Positions 23,216-36,070 of a stretch of 64,000 nt of DNA are shown here, piece by piece. The notes below the pieces were generated by a model. The model had not been told where the DNA came from, did no database searches, and saw nothing but the letters and a program-made list of their open reading frames with translations. The stretch is taken from assembly GCA_004764695.1 (NCBI GenBank), contig SMSO01000031.1, forward strand, positions 3,572,436 to 3,636,435, read 5' to 3'. Source of the DNA: Schizochytrium sp. TIO01 (Eukaryota > Protista > Bigyra: Labyrinthulomycetes). Position 1 is the stretch's first letter. Every line of letters starts with the position of its first letter. The translations under genes were made by a program, and so were the position numbers.

Positions 23216-24861
23216 AGCCATCTACTTATGAGTGTCATACCATGCAATCATAAGATCTCGAAAGAGCAACATATTTGATTTGTTAGATGGAATAAACTTA
23301 CGCCCGTTACTGAATTTCTTGGGGCGTTGCCTTCGGCTGCTAGCGAGCGAATCCATCAATTTTCGGTTCTCATAGATAGATTATGGAAACAACTCCTTTT
23401 ACAAATAGGTTTGTCACACATGCATCTTTGCAGCATATAATTGATTAAGATGAAGTAGTTAAATAATCAAGGCTCATGCAATGGTTTAATAGCAGCTTCA
23501 GGTTGAAGGCGAGAGCAGCGGGCTAATTCTTCGTAACCAGGGCTTTAGATTGGCGAGACACCATGCAGGATTGGCGAGAAACCTTGCACGGGAAGAGTAG
23601 TAATGCTAAGGTCTGCTTGTGCGAGTTGTCAATACCGCGCTACGACAGTGTTTAGACTTGCCGAGATAGTACAGCGAGGCATGGATGGACGCAGTGTATT
23701 GATGGACATAGTGTACTAATGTTAGGGATCCTCGACACGAGATTACCCATTTCATGATTTTATAATGGGTTCTAATCATCTATCATCTGGTACCATCATG
23801 ATTATGGACTGGGGCTTATACACGTGTTAGTACATGCTATTGCTAAAATTACAGGACAATATAAACTAAAATCTTGCATTCTACAAGAAAGTATCCAGAA
23901 ATGATAGTATAATCAGTCTTAACTGCAGCAGCTGGTTGGACTAATGACCAAATACTGACGCGAGTTAGGCGCCCTTTCTTGAGAATTTGAGCATGCATAC
24001 CCTATACATCACTAGTAAATTCAAAAAGTCCAAACAATCATGCTCTTTGCCAAAACGGAAGAGCCAAGTGCAACTTTTGTACTTTGGCAAGTCCATCTAT
24101 TTGTACTCATCGTCCATTTCGCACTGGTGCATTTTCTACCAAAAGGGAGTTTGCAGTTCCCGCTATTGCTGTAGTTGGAATTGAGAAAACACTACCTTTC
24201 AAGAACCTATTGCCTGTCTGCTTCTAACAGCCTGCAGTTTCTAACCAAAATAAGTAAATTTGCCAGCTTTCTCTAGCTAGAGAGGCAGTCAATCCTGTTG
24301 TACTACTTCTTTGCGCATCTCTTTACGTTATGTATATAGAGGTTAAATTATTAAATGACTGCCATCGCGATTCCATGGAACGTTATAAAAACATCCGTTT
24401 CATTTATTCTCTTCTTATGTCCAAGTCCTCCCTCCACGTGTACACCTGTTGCTTCCCTATAGTTTAATCTATGTACGTATTAGTCTTTCGTACATCATCG
24501 TAACTAAAGTATGCAAGATCTGTGACGCTGGGTTCGTTCGTCCTTTCAACCTATCCATACAAACCTTCTTTGGATGCTCTTCGTTCATAAAAGGTTCACC
24601 AATGCGATATTTGCCTCGCTCTCTCAGTCTGCGAAACTGCGAAAGGGAATATATTATTTTGTAAGCGCCCAAGAACAAAATGAAGTGCTAATTGAATTTA
24701 TAATGAAGTAAAAAATGGTTTACAGAGGGGCAAAAATATTAAAGTGTAGTATGCCAAAGTGAAGAATATAGCTCAAAGTAGAGTATAGATTTAGCAAAGA
24801 ATCCCGTTCATGAACGACTTTTTGCAAAGAGAGCAAGCAAACCAGCTTCGCTTCGCGTTGC

Positions 24862-26079
24862 ATGCGCTTCCAGGGGTTTGTAAGGAGCGCTGGCCGACGG
24901 CGCAGTGGAGCTAGGGGGGGTCCTCGTTTAGACCTTCTCGGCGAAAAAAGCGGCGCAGGTAAGCTCATGCGGCTCATGGACTGGAGCCGAGTTGTGGTCG
25001 CTGGCGGCGTCTTGCTCCTGCTCCTGCTTGCTTTTCTTGGCAACCGTGAATGGCACGCTCGGAATGATGCAGAAGTCATGGGCCATGGGAGTTTTCGGTC
25101 TCTGCCTATTGGCTGCGATACAGTCTGGTGCCAGACCACCCGTAACAGCATCAAACTCGCCATCGTCGCCGACTTGGACCGTCAATCCAAATTAGAACTC
25201 GGCATTAAACACGCTGGATGGAAATCATTCTTCAAAAGGGCTACACTCTCGAAGGACTCTAATCTCGGACAGTGGGTCATCAACTGGGAACCTGATTTCC
25301 AGCTGGAGTCCCACCTTGGTGAGGATGGCCGTGGTTTGGAGCTGAGCGAGCTCGCGACCTGGCAAGGCAAGCTCTGGACTTTTGACGACCGCAGTGGAGC
25401 TGTCTTCGAGATAACGAACTCTAGGGAGCCTGTCTGCATTCCACGGTACATTCTTATGGAGGGCGATGGCAACAATGACAAGGGTCAGAAAACTGAGTGG
25501 GCAACTGTCAAGGATGGAAAATTGTACGTTGGAAGCTTTGGCAAACCGTACACACAGAATGGTGTCATCACTACAAGGAACAATTTGTGGATTTCAATCA
25601 TTCACCCAAGTGGATTTGTCGAGCACGAGGATTGGACGAAGCGTTATGAGCGCATGCAGGTTGATACTGATAGCGTGTACCCTGGTTACATGGTTCATGA
25701 AGCTATTCACTTTGATGAAATCAACCGTCTCTGGTATGTTCTCCCTCGGCGCGTCAGTCATGACCCCTATGACGAGAAGCGCGATGAGGTTATGGGCAGC
25801 AACCTGATGCTCGTATATGACGAGAACTTCAATAAGCTCCACAAGAAGATTAGCATTGGCAGGTCCGTGCCGACCCATGGTTGGTCATCTTTCAAATTTG
25901 TCCCGTACACAAACAATCGTGTCATTCTCGGCCTTCGCAGCATGGAGATTGAAGACAAGGCTGATGGTGCCGGTGAACAGAATACATACGTCACAATTTT
26001 TGATGTCGAAGGAAATGTCTACCTCGAGGAGGAGCTCATTCCTGGCGGCCACAAATATGAAGGAATTGAGTTTATCTAG
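24862..26079 (+). CDS. CANT1: Calcium-activated nucleotidase / Cimex-type apyrase (type II membrane anchor)
   Basis: Motifs ADLD, GRGLELSEL, DDRSG, KTEWATVKDGKLYVGSFGK, PGYMVHEA, LPRR, THGWSSFKFVP and terminal KYEGIEFI; N-terminal hydrophobic anchor. Confidence 0.93.
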   Translation: MRFQGFVRSAGRRRSGARGGPRLDLLGEKSGAGKLMRLMDWSRVVVAGGVLLLLLLAFLGNREWHARNDAEVMGHGSFRSLPIGCDTVWCQTTRNSIKLAIVADLDRQSKLELGIKHAGWKSFFKRATLSKDSNLGQWVINWEPDFQLESHLGEDGRGLELSELATWQGKLWTFDDRSGAVFEITNSREPVCIPRYILMEGDGNNDKGQKTEWATVKDGKLYVGSFGKPYTQNGVITTRNNLWISIIHPSGFVEHEDWTKRYERMQVDTDSVYPGYMVHEAIHFDEINRLWYVLPRRVSHDPYDEKRDEVMGSNLMLVYDENFNKLHKKISIGRSVPTHGWSSFKFVPYTNNRVILGLRSMEIEDKADGAGEQNTYVTIFDVEGNVYLEEELIPGGHKYEGIEFI

Positions 26080-26648
26080 ATATGAACACTTTTATACTTA
26101 GCTCTCATCTCATAACGTGTTGAAAGAATAAGATTAACAAAATTATATGTAGCACCTAGCTCAAGAAATACACAACATGTATTATTTGAATTCTTTGAAG
26201 TCTGCTTGTAGAGTTATCATGCTTACTTTTGTTTTCGAGTTTGGCCTCGCATCTGATTTGAATGGAGAAGTTTTAACTCTTTTGCAAATTTATGGCGATC
26301 TGTCTTTGGACTCTTTGGAAGCCCAAGTCTAGTCTCCTACAGGACGCACGCTTTATTAACTTATCAATTAAAATGAACCCTTTGGTTTTTTTCTTTTAGA
26401 CTTACACTTTGATTTTCTTCTGTTGGCTACTGTATTTCTGATGACCAAGCAACCCTTCTACAAATATTAAAGTATGTTATTGGACACCACGCGATTAAAT
26501 TGTTTGCTGTTGCGATCGGCTTGAAACCTCTTTTAACTCTAAAAAATTGTATTATCATGTCAACGCGTCATGGCGATATGTTATCCTAAGGGAACCAACA
26601 ACAAAAAATGAAGTCTGTGAATAATACAATTTTCAACATCAGAAGCAG

Positions 26649-26686
26649 TATATATATATAGGAGAGAGAGAGAGAGAGAGAGAGAG
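26649..26686. repeat. Compound (TA)n(GA)n microsatellite
   Basis: Seen directly, between convergent gene ends. Confidence 0.9.
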
Positions 26687-26796
26687 CGCAAAAAAACAGA
26701 TAAAACAGTTTTAACAGATAAGAACTAATTTAATTAATCAAAGAAACTACTCTTACGGTAAAGGAGTAACTTCCTGATTGTTGCCAATGGTCTTCT

Positions 26797-29700
26797 TTAC
26801 ATAACAGAACACCGATCTGACATTGTTGTCGTCTGATGGCCCAATGCCTTTCGGGCCTCCTTGACAGTTTTGGAGTCTGGGGTTTTGCAGGGGAATAGAG
26901 CATTTACATCTGCTTCGGCAGCAATGTCTTTGCGCACATAAAATAACAAATAAGCCCCAGCATCCACAGCATCCTCTTCATCAATAGGGGAAATGATACG
27001 ATCATCAAAGTTATACCATTTGCCGGAAACCGAACTTTTCGCTTTTGCAATATAATGACCACCACCCAAACTACCAATGTGCTCCACAACACCATACAAA
27101 TCATATTCAGGGGGTATTCCACCGTGTTCATGGCCACCATATGCTTTTAGTCCAACATAATCAGAATCCACTAGATTTTCCACAAGGTGTAAAGCTTCAG
27201 ATTCTGCCTCCGCCTTCGCAAGTTCCTCGGGTGACTTCGCGGTTGCAGATGACACATCAGGAGAGGTTGATGTATCATAATTGCTCAGTTGGTCGAATTT
27301 ATACTGAGAACTATGTGGTGAAGATACTGTCGCGCAACATTCAGACGTAACATCCTCAGGCTCCACCTCTTCGATGTTGTCTTCGTCATCATCGCCATCT
27401 TGTTCAAACGCCTCTGTGTTCCCTCGGCTACCTGGAAAGATTCTCTTTTTCCTTATTTCGCGTCGTTCCTTCCGAATCATTGCTTTCATCGACTTTTGAG
27501 GCTGTGGGGGCATAGCTTGTGCAAGGTATGGGCTTAAGTCAAGATCACGTGTAGGGTAATCCACTAAGTTTAAAAGCTTCCGGCTTCGATCGAAGCGCTT
27601 CAAGTGAATCACTAAGACTGGAGGCGCACGCCATACTCCAAGTTTCATCGTATGATCATGAAATTCCTTGCATCGTGCACACCTCGCCTGATCAGCATCC
27701 ACTAGTTTCTCTTGTTCTGTAAAGCTTTCTAACAATGAAGATAATGGCATACGCTTTTGTTCCTCACGGCGAGCATCCTCCACGCTAGAGTGCTTATCAA
27801 TAATAGTCATTGTCAAGGACGTCGAGGTTGAGTTGCGATATGTAACAGACCCTCCATTTCCCCAATCTACAGCAATTGTGCACGGGCCAGATGCAGTAAG
27901 TGACACAGGTGTTTCATTCGGTTGCACTGGGCAACCATCACACGCTTCCATCCATGAGCAGCACCCACACGATTTTCCCTTTCTCCCCAGCAAAATTACT
28001 GTGAAACCCCAACGAGCCCTGATCTTTTCATCAGTTATATCCTTGGACCTTGAATTATCACTTTGATAAGTACTTTCATTATCCAGACTCATAGCAACAA
28101 GCTGATCTTCAACGGTTTCCTTTGCGTCACTCGCAAACTTTGTGCCACTAACTTGCCGAGAGATTGCTTCGTATAAAGCATATCCACTTAGTTGATCTGG
28201 ACAGACCATCAACACAAATGGCATACCCACATTTACTGAGCGCATCGGGTTTACAAAATAGCATGCATGGCGATGCCAAATGCGTTGCTCAATCTTGAGC
28301 AAGCATGGTTGCATGGGCGCAGGATTGAGCTCACTTCGTGCAAGGAAAACCGTCCGTGTTTCACTTGCATCATAAGAATTTGTATTGAACCTAACTTCGT
28401 AAATGATCTCGTGAGCATTTTGGTTCAGCTTAGAAGATCTCCTGTTCGCAGTTTTGGTACCTACAACAATTCCAAGCATTGGCTCAGCAGCATGATCAGA
28501 GTTGCTGCAGTAAGCAACGCGTGAACCAATGTAGATGGAACAGCCTGTTGTGTCTTCTTGGGGTACCTCACCAGGAACATTTGTAGTGGCACCATCCACT
28601 CCTTCTTCACCATCAGAACTGTCATCGTCGTCGACCTTACTGCGGTTGAGACTAGATTGCTTTTTATTTGCACCCTTTCCAAAGCAGCCAACGTCATTTT
28701 CCAAAACGGGAATCTCAAAAGCATACAGAGGGTCCTGGGCTCGAAGTGTTTCCAACAAACGATCGTCCTCAATTATGCTGTAAATTTGTCGTTCAAAAAC
28801 GTAAGCCAAGACTAGACGATCGGATTCAAGAGACCGCTCTTCGCGCGCTTCGTGCCCATCAGACTCATTGGCTGGAGATCTCACTACGCTACCATTAACT
28901 CCAGGCTGTAGATTAATAATAGCATCCCGTACATCACCAAAGGTTCCGGACTTCTCCACGCGCAAAGCAACTAATAGAGGGGGGCGAGCACCATCAGCAA
29001 ATACTACGTGTACATTCACAGTACGCATAGGAGAGTCTGGTAAAGGCAGGGATAACACCGAAAACGGTTCAAAACGAGCAGACTCATAACCGCAGGTATC
29101 ACAGCGAAGTAAGGTTTTAAACTGCCCAGAAAACAAAGCAGTAATAATACTTAATTCCCGACGTAGATGTGCAATCCACCATTCACGAGCCACCTCCTCA
29201 TCAGCCCGTCCATCAGAGTCCTTTAATTCTACATAAGCCTTGCTTCGCACCCGGTTCAGATCTTGAGCTAAGCCATCCAGCAAAGACGAGAGGAGTTCCT
29301 GTGCATCCTGCTGCTGTACACCCATAAAACGTGTATCATGCTTTGACAATTCACGCTTAAAGCGACGCGGCGCAATAGATCCAGGAATCCGACCATTTGC
29401 CCCCCACGCTGTCCGAACAATATCAGCAAATGAGTCAGCTAAGAGTCCATGCGTGCTGTCATGGATCGATGTGTTTACATCGGCAATATATGCATCGTCC
29501 AGAATATACTGCTTCAGAAGTTCTGTGTGAATAAGGCACTGCAATGACGCAGACATGAAGCAAGTGTTTCCGAGGTTTGCCATACCTACATTGCCAAGAA
29601 CATGTTGAGTTTCCTGGTGAGCATTTTGCGCAAAAGTTTCATCTCCAATCGACGAAGTCCGCGTGACAATAGAAAGAGGTCCCTTCCGGTCATTCGGTCC

Positions 29701-31839
29701 TGTTGTGGTATGCGAAGATTTTGTTGGAGAACTACTTAGATACGAACCTGTTCCATTATTACTGCTACTCCGAGTTCGCCACATTGCACCTGTCTCATGT
29801 GGTGACGGCCCTCCACCAAGCATAACGACCCGCCCATTTGAAGATTTAGAGCATTGCGCCTTGGCATCCCGTGGCTGCAATGACCGCAAGGTCTCAATAC
29901 TCGCCAACGGCCAGTTACCATCCGCACTGCTAAGCTCCAAAAGGATTGTTTGACCATCTTCAAGATCAGCCTCCTCCACAGTTTCCTTCGGATCTTGAAG
30001 TAATTTCACATTAACATTCGAGTTACGATAATGGGAACCATGTGTTTTTGATGACGATCCGCTGAAAACCTCGCTAATGGGATCCGAATTATCATCAAGG
30101 ACGCACCACAAGCGCATCCTCTCCGCGGAGAAGCGATCACGGTTCTGAATTGCAGCTGCTTTACGTGCAACCCCGTCTTCCTGGCTACTTAAGGTACTAA
30201 AGAAACTCTCAGTTGAATTCGTGCGCGCGCGGGGCTCGAGAACTCGGTCAAGAATCGCCCGTTCGAGATCGCGTACCGTCGATCTCCTTGAAACCTGGAT
30301 GCGAGCAGGGCCTCCTGGAAAGTCATCGTCTTCAAAATCATCATTGCGATTGTCATTGTCACCATCACAAGAAGAAGCAAAGCTCCTCTGATCTGTTGAG
30401 GATCTGAATACCGACGCATAATGTGCTTCAATACTTTCACCGGGCACTTTCGATTCTACTGGCACAAATTCAGAAGAAAATTTGACACAACGCACATCAA
30501 GTGTCACAGGGAAAAGTTCAATCTCTGGTTTCTGCCCACTGAATTCACCAGGGATCACTCGACGCTCGATTATAGGACCTCCGCCATAAATATCGTGCAA
30601 GAAATTCCAGGCCTCTTGACATAAAACGATAAAGTCATGTGGGTAAGAAATTTCTGGTCGCATCGAGCAGAGATCCAATGATCCCAAATCTGCGACATTT
30701 GCTACGTCATCTTCAGGGCGTAACGAGCGAATGACGTCCCTGTTGTCAATAGGCCCAGGTCTTTGCACTTGTTGCCAACTTTGCAGTGACATATAATCCA
30801 CACGACCACCATGATAGCCGCTATATGCTTCCCATGCACGAAACCACTTTGCAGAAAGTACATACCAGGACTCGCCAGGAGTTAAAAGGTCCCGAATTGG
30901 GAGCTTGTGTAATCGTTTAAACGTAGATCCTTCCAGAACTTGCCCACGACTAGAGTGATGCTTTAACATGTGAGCGCGTCCGTTCAAGGGTGCCGCGGCG
31001 TTTGCAGCAGCAGTACTTGCAATCGGGCTTGTGAAACGTTCTGCAGTTGGTTCTTGAAAACGGAGTTTAGTAAATGCGGCCGTCGCGGTTCCTAATGGTG
31101 TCGTTGGCGGCAATGGGTAATAAGGCAAAGCTTCGCTTTCGTTGCTATCAGGTGAAGACAGCGCTCGAGGTGTATTTGGAACAGATTTTGAGAGTCCTGT
31201 TGACACAGGCGACGGCAGAGGTGACGGGTTTATCGTGAGCCCGGCACGAAACATGGGGTCTAAAAGCTTCTGACCGATATGTGTAGGCCAGCTAAGAAGA
31301 GGCGCGTTCATGTAACGTACCATCGTTTTGGAGAAAGTTTCAATGGAGATCTCGTTACTGAGTACCACGGATTTGTCTTTGGACAGTCTAAAAATTTCGT
31401 CGACAAGGTCGTATGAGGACCTACGTTCCTCATCACTGAGCCTCGGGTCGTCAAGAAGATCTGCGTAGCGCAGGAGTGTGCTCCTTGCGAGAGCTCCGTT
31501 GTTGTCATCGTCGTAGATTCGAAAAAGAAAGCGCAGTCTCTCCTCGAGCTTACTTCTGCACAGTAAACACAATCCGCATATGAACTCGAGCCAGTCGAGC
31601 GAGACACTCCTGTTTATGTCGAATACAAAGAAAATCCGGTTCGCCAGCAGCTCAGGGAGGTCCGGAAAGTCCGCGAGGACCAGCGTCTTGAAGAACACCA
31701 GCCCGATCTCGCCATACCCATGCTGAGGCGAAGACCGCGAAAGTCGCTCAAACCCACTCTGCAGCGCCCGAATTTCCACCGGACTGAACCTCTTCCGCGC
31801 CTCCGTGGCGCTAATCAGACGCCCCTGCGTCGCGCCCAT
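26797..31839 (-). CDS. USP32: Ubiquitin-specific protease with EF-hands, DUSP and Ubl-like segments (USP32-like)
   Basis: ATG at 31839 (MGATQGR). EF-hands FDINRSVSLDWLEF and YDDDNNGAL; DUSP WYVLSAKWF...PGPIDN...WNFLHDIYGGGP; Cys box NLGNTCFM; QQDAQE; His box HIGSLGGGHY; WYNFDD; C-terminal CSVM (CaaX). Confidence 0.88.
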   Translation of the reverse strand: MGATQGRLISATEARKRFSPVEIRALQSGFERLSRSSPQHGYGEIGLVFFKTLVLADFPDLPELLANRIFFVFDINRSVSLDWLEFICGLCLLCRSKLEERLRFLFRIYDDDNNGALARSTLLRYADLLDDPRLSDEERRSSYDLVDEIFRLSKDKSVVLSNEISIETFSKTMVRYMNAPLLSWPTHIGQKLLDPMFRAGLTINPSPLPSPVSTGLSKSVPNTPRALSSPDSNESEALPYYPLPPTTPLGTATAAFTKLRFQEPTAERFTSPIASTAAANAAAPLNGRAHMLKHHSSRGQVLEGSTFKRLHKLPIRDLLTPGESWYVLSAKWFRAWEAYSGYHGGRVDYMSLQSWQQVQRPGPIDNRDVIRSLRPEDDVANVADLGSLDLCSMRPEISYPHDFIVLCQEAWNFLHDIYGGGPIIERRVIPGEFSGQKPEIELFPVTLDVRCVKFSSEFVPVESKVPGESIEAHYASVFRSSTDQRSFASSCDGDNDNRNDDFEDDDFPGGPARIQVSRRSTVRDLERAILDRVLEPRARTNSTESFFSTLSSQEDGVARKAAAIQNRDRFSAERMRLWCVLDDNSDPISEVFSGSSSKTHGSHYRNSNVNVKLLQDPKETVEEADLEDGQTILLELSSADGNWPLASIETLRSLQPRDAKAQCSKSSNGRVVMLGGGPSPHETGAMWRTRSSSNNGTGSYLSSSPTKSSHTTTGPNDRKGPLSIVTRTSSIGDETFAQNAHQETQHVLGNVGMANLGNTCFMSASLQCLIHTELLKQYILDDAYIADVNTSIHDSTHGLLADSFADIVRTAWGANGRIPGSIAPRRFKRELSKHDTRFMGVQQQDAQELLSSLLDGLAQDLNRVRSKAYVELKDSDGRADEEVAREWWIAHLRRELSIITALFSGQFKTLLRCDTCGYESARFEPFSVLSLPLPDSPMRTVNVHVVFADGARPPLLVALRVEKSGTFGDVRDAIINLQPGVNGSVVRSPANESDGHEAREERSLESDRLVLAYVFERQIYSIIEDDRLLETLRAQDPLYAFEIPVLENDVGCFGKGANKKQSSLNRSKVDDDDSSDGEEGVDGATTNVPGEVPQEDTTGCSIYIGSRVAYCSNSDHAAEPMLGIVVGTKTANRRSSKLNQNAHEIIYEVRFNTNSYDASETRTVFLARSELNPAPMQPCLLKIEQRIWHRHACYFVNPMRSVNVGMPFVLMVCPDQLSGYALYEAISRQVSGTKFASDAKETVEDQLVAMSLDNESTYQSDNSRSKDITDEKIRARWGFTVILLGRKGKSCGCCSWMEACDGCPVQPNETPVSLTASGPCTIAVDWGNGGSVTYRNSTSTSLTMTIIDKHSSVEDARREEQKRMPLSSLLESFTEQEKLVDADQARCARCKEFHDHTMKLGVWRAPPVLVIHLKRFDRSRKLLNLVDYPTRDLDLSPYLAQAMPPQPQKSMKAMIRKERREIRKKRIFPGSRGNTEAFEQDGDDDEDNIEEVEPEDVTSECCATVSSPHSSQYKFDQLSNYDTSTSPDVSSATAKSPEELAKAEAESEALHLVENLVDSDYVGLKAYGGHEHGGIPPEYDLYGVVEHIGSLGGGHYIAKAKSSVSGKWYNFDDRIISPIDEEDAVDAGAYLLFYVRKDIAAEADVNALFPCKTPDSKTVKEARKALGHQTTTMSDRCSVM

Positions 31840-33569
31840 CACGTCCCCGCCAGGAACCAGCTATGGCGTTCGCTATATGTATGAATTCCGAATTGATGTT
31901 TCTCTGTCCTCGATTTTTCAATAAGTAACGTGATGTGAAGTGATGTAATGTAATATACGTAGTCTCTCTACTATATTAATTATGTTGAGAGAGTGAACAT
32001 ATATTTTTTTACACAGAATTCAGAATGCCAGAACCTCCTAATTTGCTCTCTACGCAGGAAATTGAGGGCGCCCGGGATGTGCTTGAGCTAGCTCTAGCTG
32101 GCCTATAGCCAGACTTGCTTCTCTTGCGAGCAGGAGTAGTCAAGTCGGTATATGCTTGAGAGTGAAATTTGTAGGGACTTATGTGGAATAACAATATATA
32201 GCCCCCTTCAGAATTGATACTTTGTAATCCGAGTTCTCGTTGATGCTTATCAGAACGCGACAACCTCGCAGAAGTTAGCAAGCCGCCTCAGCCCAAGCCG
32301 CCGTCAGTTCCCTGTTTCCCTTTCGTGCAGTGCTCGCCTAGGTCAGTCTCGTCCGGTTTGCCCCTTGTAATCTGAGGCCGAGTCAACTTGTGTGTCGAAC
32401 TGCAAAATCTGTGCCCGGACTATTCTCAAACGCGGCGAACTAGCTAGCACCCGCCGCCAGTGCGTGAGAGTGGGATAGGCGGGAGGAGCAGCTGCCGCGG
32501 CCTTCCTGCAGCAGCCACGTCCCAGCCCCCGGCGGCAAACAGTTATGCTAGCCCTCCTCGCGGCGATGTTGTTTCAAACCTTCAAACAATCGATCGCGCG
32601 AATCGGCGAATCGCAAATTCAAATTGTTACTATGAGCCTTCCTACCATTAGTACCTAGTACCTTAATCTTACTGATACTCGCTAGTAGGTTCTTAGTTCT
32701 GCTATTGTTAGCTATCTATCTATATATCTATCTATCTATCCATAACTATCATTTTTCAACTTTGATGTGAGTACTTATTTGCAAATCAAAATAAAAATAA
32801 AAATCATTTCTTTCCAATTTATTAGTTTACTTTATTTTGTTATGTTTTTTAATAATAAGTCTCAAGACTGATTTCCCTGTGCTTATTACTTTCTTATAGT
32901 TTTCTTCACTTTCTTTCTTTCTTCCTTTCACTTTCTTCCTTTCACTTTCTTTCTTTACATCTCCAGAGGCCTACTACCATAATAAGAGGTCATTCCCATC
33001 CAAATTCAATTCTGCTTCCCTCGACAGACAACAAATGATGAGTTTTCTGTCAAAATAGAGCGCCGTAGTTCAGGAGGAGCCCTACGTAGGCACGTACCTT
33101 CTGCTGTATTTCAATCGTAGTTTGTTTGTTGTTATGGAAATTGAAAATCCTCTTTCTCAGGTTTGATCACAGAAGAGTGAGAGAGAGATTCAATCCTCTG
33201 ATTCGCAACTTCTTCTTCTTCTTCTCGGCGCTGCTCGCAGATGCCGCTGCTTCTGTGCTGCTCTGCGAGCTCCTAGAGGGCCGGGCCGAGCAGACAGGCT
33301 TTGCCAGAGTCAACGGGTGCATGGATGAATAATTGAAGTGCTTGCTCAAATGAATGAGTGATGAATAACTAACTAATTCACCAAATGGCAATTCATCCAT
33401 CGTCAATTTCGTAGGGGCCCAAACAGTTTTGCGATGCTGAGGAGACACGAACTTCGAAGCCGCGAAATAAACCACCCAGTGGGCTGCGAGCAGCAGAAGC
33501 TACGCACGGTTACGGCCCACGCCACGGACTTTACTTCGTTCAGCTTCTGAGTTATCGATTTACATCAAT

Positions 33570-33625
33570 ATTCATTCATTCATTCATTCATTCATTCATT
33601 CATTCATTCATTCATTCATTCATTC
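33570..33625. repeat. (ATTC)14 microsatellite
   Basis: Seen directly. Confidence 0.95.
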
Positions 33626-36070
33626 ACTTGAGACCATAATATTTGGAGAAGAAGTTCTGTAGGTACGTGCGCACCCTTTCGTCGCCGGCTCGTGCCAGAA
33701 CCACTTACTCGTCAGTGTCATCAACACCATAAACTGCCCGCGTGTTTGCAAGAGACGAAGGCAGTGGAGAGTACTCTCTCTCCAGCATCGACTCTGAAAG
33801 TCTGCGGCATCGAAGCCGATCAAGGACCTGAGCAGCGGCGGCAACAACTCTGCGAACCTCGCGTATGGTCGGGATGAATGAATACCAAATAGAATGTTTT
33901 TATTTTTATTTTAGACTATTTTGTTGGTGTTGAAGAATATAAATAAATGAAAACTAGGAAGGATATCAAAAACTGAACATAGTTTATCGTAATAAGAAGG
34001 CCTACCACCTGCTAGTAGCGCGAGCTTTTCCTCTCATTCTTCGCAAACGAGCGCCTGCGGTGTATTCTGCGAGTCGTATTTTAACAAAGATAAAAAATCA
34101 CTAAATACCCCTAAGTTGTAGACCCGGATGACTCAACAGCGCCGCCAGAGGGAGTATAGTGGAAGTTGTCGTCGATGTACAGCGTGGCACTGAGAGACCT
34201 CAAGGCGCCCCAAATTTTTTGCACATTACTATAAATGCGCTCAGTGGAGTACTTTTATGCCGCCAGGCAGAACGTATGGTGCCCAAGGGCTTGCACGCTA
34301 TTGTGAAGACTCATTCTGTGGATGCAAGGCGCAAGGGTTACTTGAACGAAGATCAAGACCTCGCCGCACGTGGCCAGAAGCTGCGGCAGAAGTAACTCGC
34401 AATGTACCCCACCTCTGTCCTCTCTCTGGCCGTAGGGAGGAGGTAAATAGATACCTACTTATTATGCTAATGGAGAGAACAGAAGAAAACCCAGGTTCCC
34501 CATCGATTTGTGTGTTCTGCATCTTGTGCACAGTAGTACCTCCAGAGGTAGGATGCTAACTTCTTCAAGATCGTCATGAGATGCGCTGTGGTCCTCGGGC
34601 GACTGCAAATTATCAGTTTAGAAATATATCCTAAGCCTGACACTATTTCTGAGCGGTTTGACATGAAGGAGAGCTGAAAACTCCAGAGAGGCTTCACTGT
34701 AGATCTTTGATTAATTTGTGAATCAACCATGACTGGTTTTACTGGGAATCTTTGATTCTCAACAATCTAGGCTGAGATTCTTCTAATAATTACGTAATGA
34801 GCTGGATACTAATATTGATGCTCATGCAAGGGCTAAATAGTGGTGCCGATAACCGATTGCTTGATTCAATGTAACAAAAGTCTTGCGAATATGAAGTTTA
34901 GGACTACACCATTAGATCGTTTTGTGCGCTTGCACTTGGTCGAATAGATATCGTTGTTTGAGAGAGCAGACATCTCAAATTGTCTGTCGTTATGATTAGA
35001 AATGAGCTCTAACCTAGACTATGGAAGTTCCGCCTTTAAAATACATCTACTTGGCATACCTGCTACTGGTGGTTGGGATTGCACCGTCGAATTTACAGGA
35101 TGCAATTGCATCAAAACTGTCGAGGACAACAACAGAAACCTGATAGAGAGAAAATTATTTTACAAAGTCCACTCACAACGTTGCAGTAGCTCTTATCGAC
35201 AATTGAATTGCTTCACATATCAACAGTCAATTCAAACCCCCTTCTTAAGGCCGTACATTGATCATTTTCGCTCAGGAATATACATCCATCCCATCTGCTT
35301 TACACAAAATTTTCGATTGCTTCTTCGTCCGTTGATTTTCCCCTCAATGCACTTCCCCGGCATTTCCATAAACCGGCGCATTACCATAAATGGCTCACCG
35401 AAGTTTTGATGACAACACCATCGTTACTACCGCTACCTTGTGTGAATCTAAAAAAGACCAACGGAAACCGGTTACAGAGCACCAGCTAATCCCATTTTTC
35501 GTCAATTAGAAGCTTCTACTCGACTTTCCGATCGTTCAAGGTTCTTGTGATGTCGAAGGTGTCTCCGCTCGCCACGCTGGCATGTGCTTTTTAGAAGTCC
35601 TTCGTGAACAACGAAGACACTGGAAGTTTGGCCACAGGAGATAATCTAAGTACGACGAGCGATGCATAATCTATAAAACCCCACGAGAATCGGCAGAGTA
35701 TCCGCATTTTCCACCATGAAGAGGCTGAGAAATTAAATTGCTCAAGCAGTCATAAAAAACCATGCCAAGCTGCGATACCACTTCATAAGGAGAAGAATCA
35801 AACCAAGTTGATATGTACATGAGGTACCAGGAATACCCTAGCTACGTAGCCACCTAACTATCTCTAGAGTTAGGTCAACAGTTGTAATGAATTTAGTTAA
35901 GAGCCTGACAGTGCCTAGTGCATAATTAGAGGAAACAGTAGATCGATCGATCAATCCTCTAGAACAGAAGAAACGACTTCGCACTCGCGAAGAAATCCAA
36001 CAAAGCCATTGCCGTGCGTTTTCGCTGTAAAGCCCACGAAACCGCCGAGCGACTCTTTATTTGGTGCAAG

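Noticed and set aside
34159-34395. Fragment with GTERPQGAPNFL, loosely like a sulfotransferase PAPS-binding loop
   Set aside because: Similarity too weak and short to assign; kept only as an unassigned relic island.
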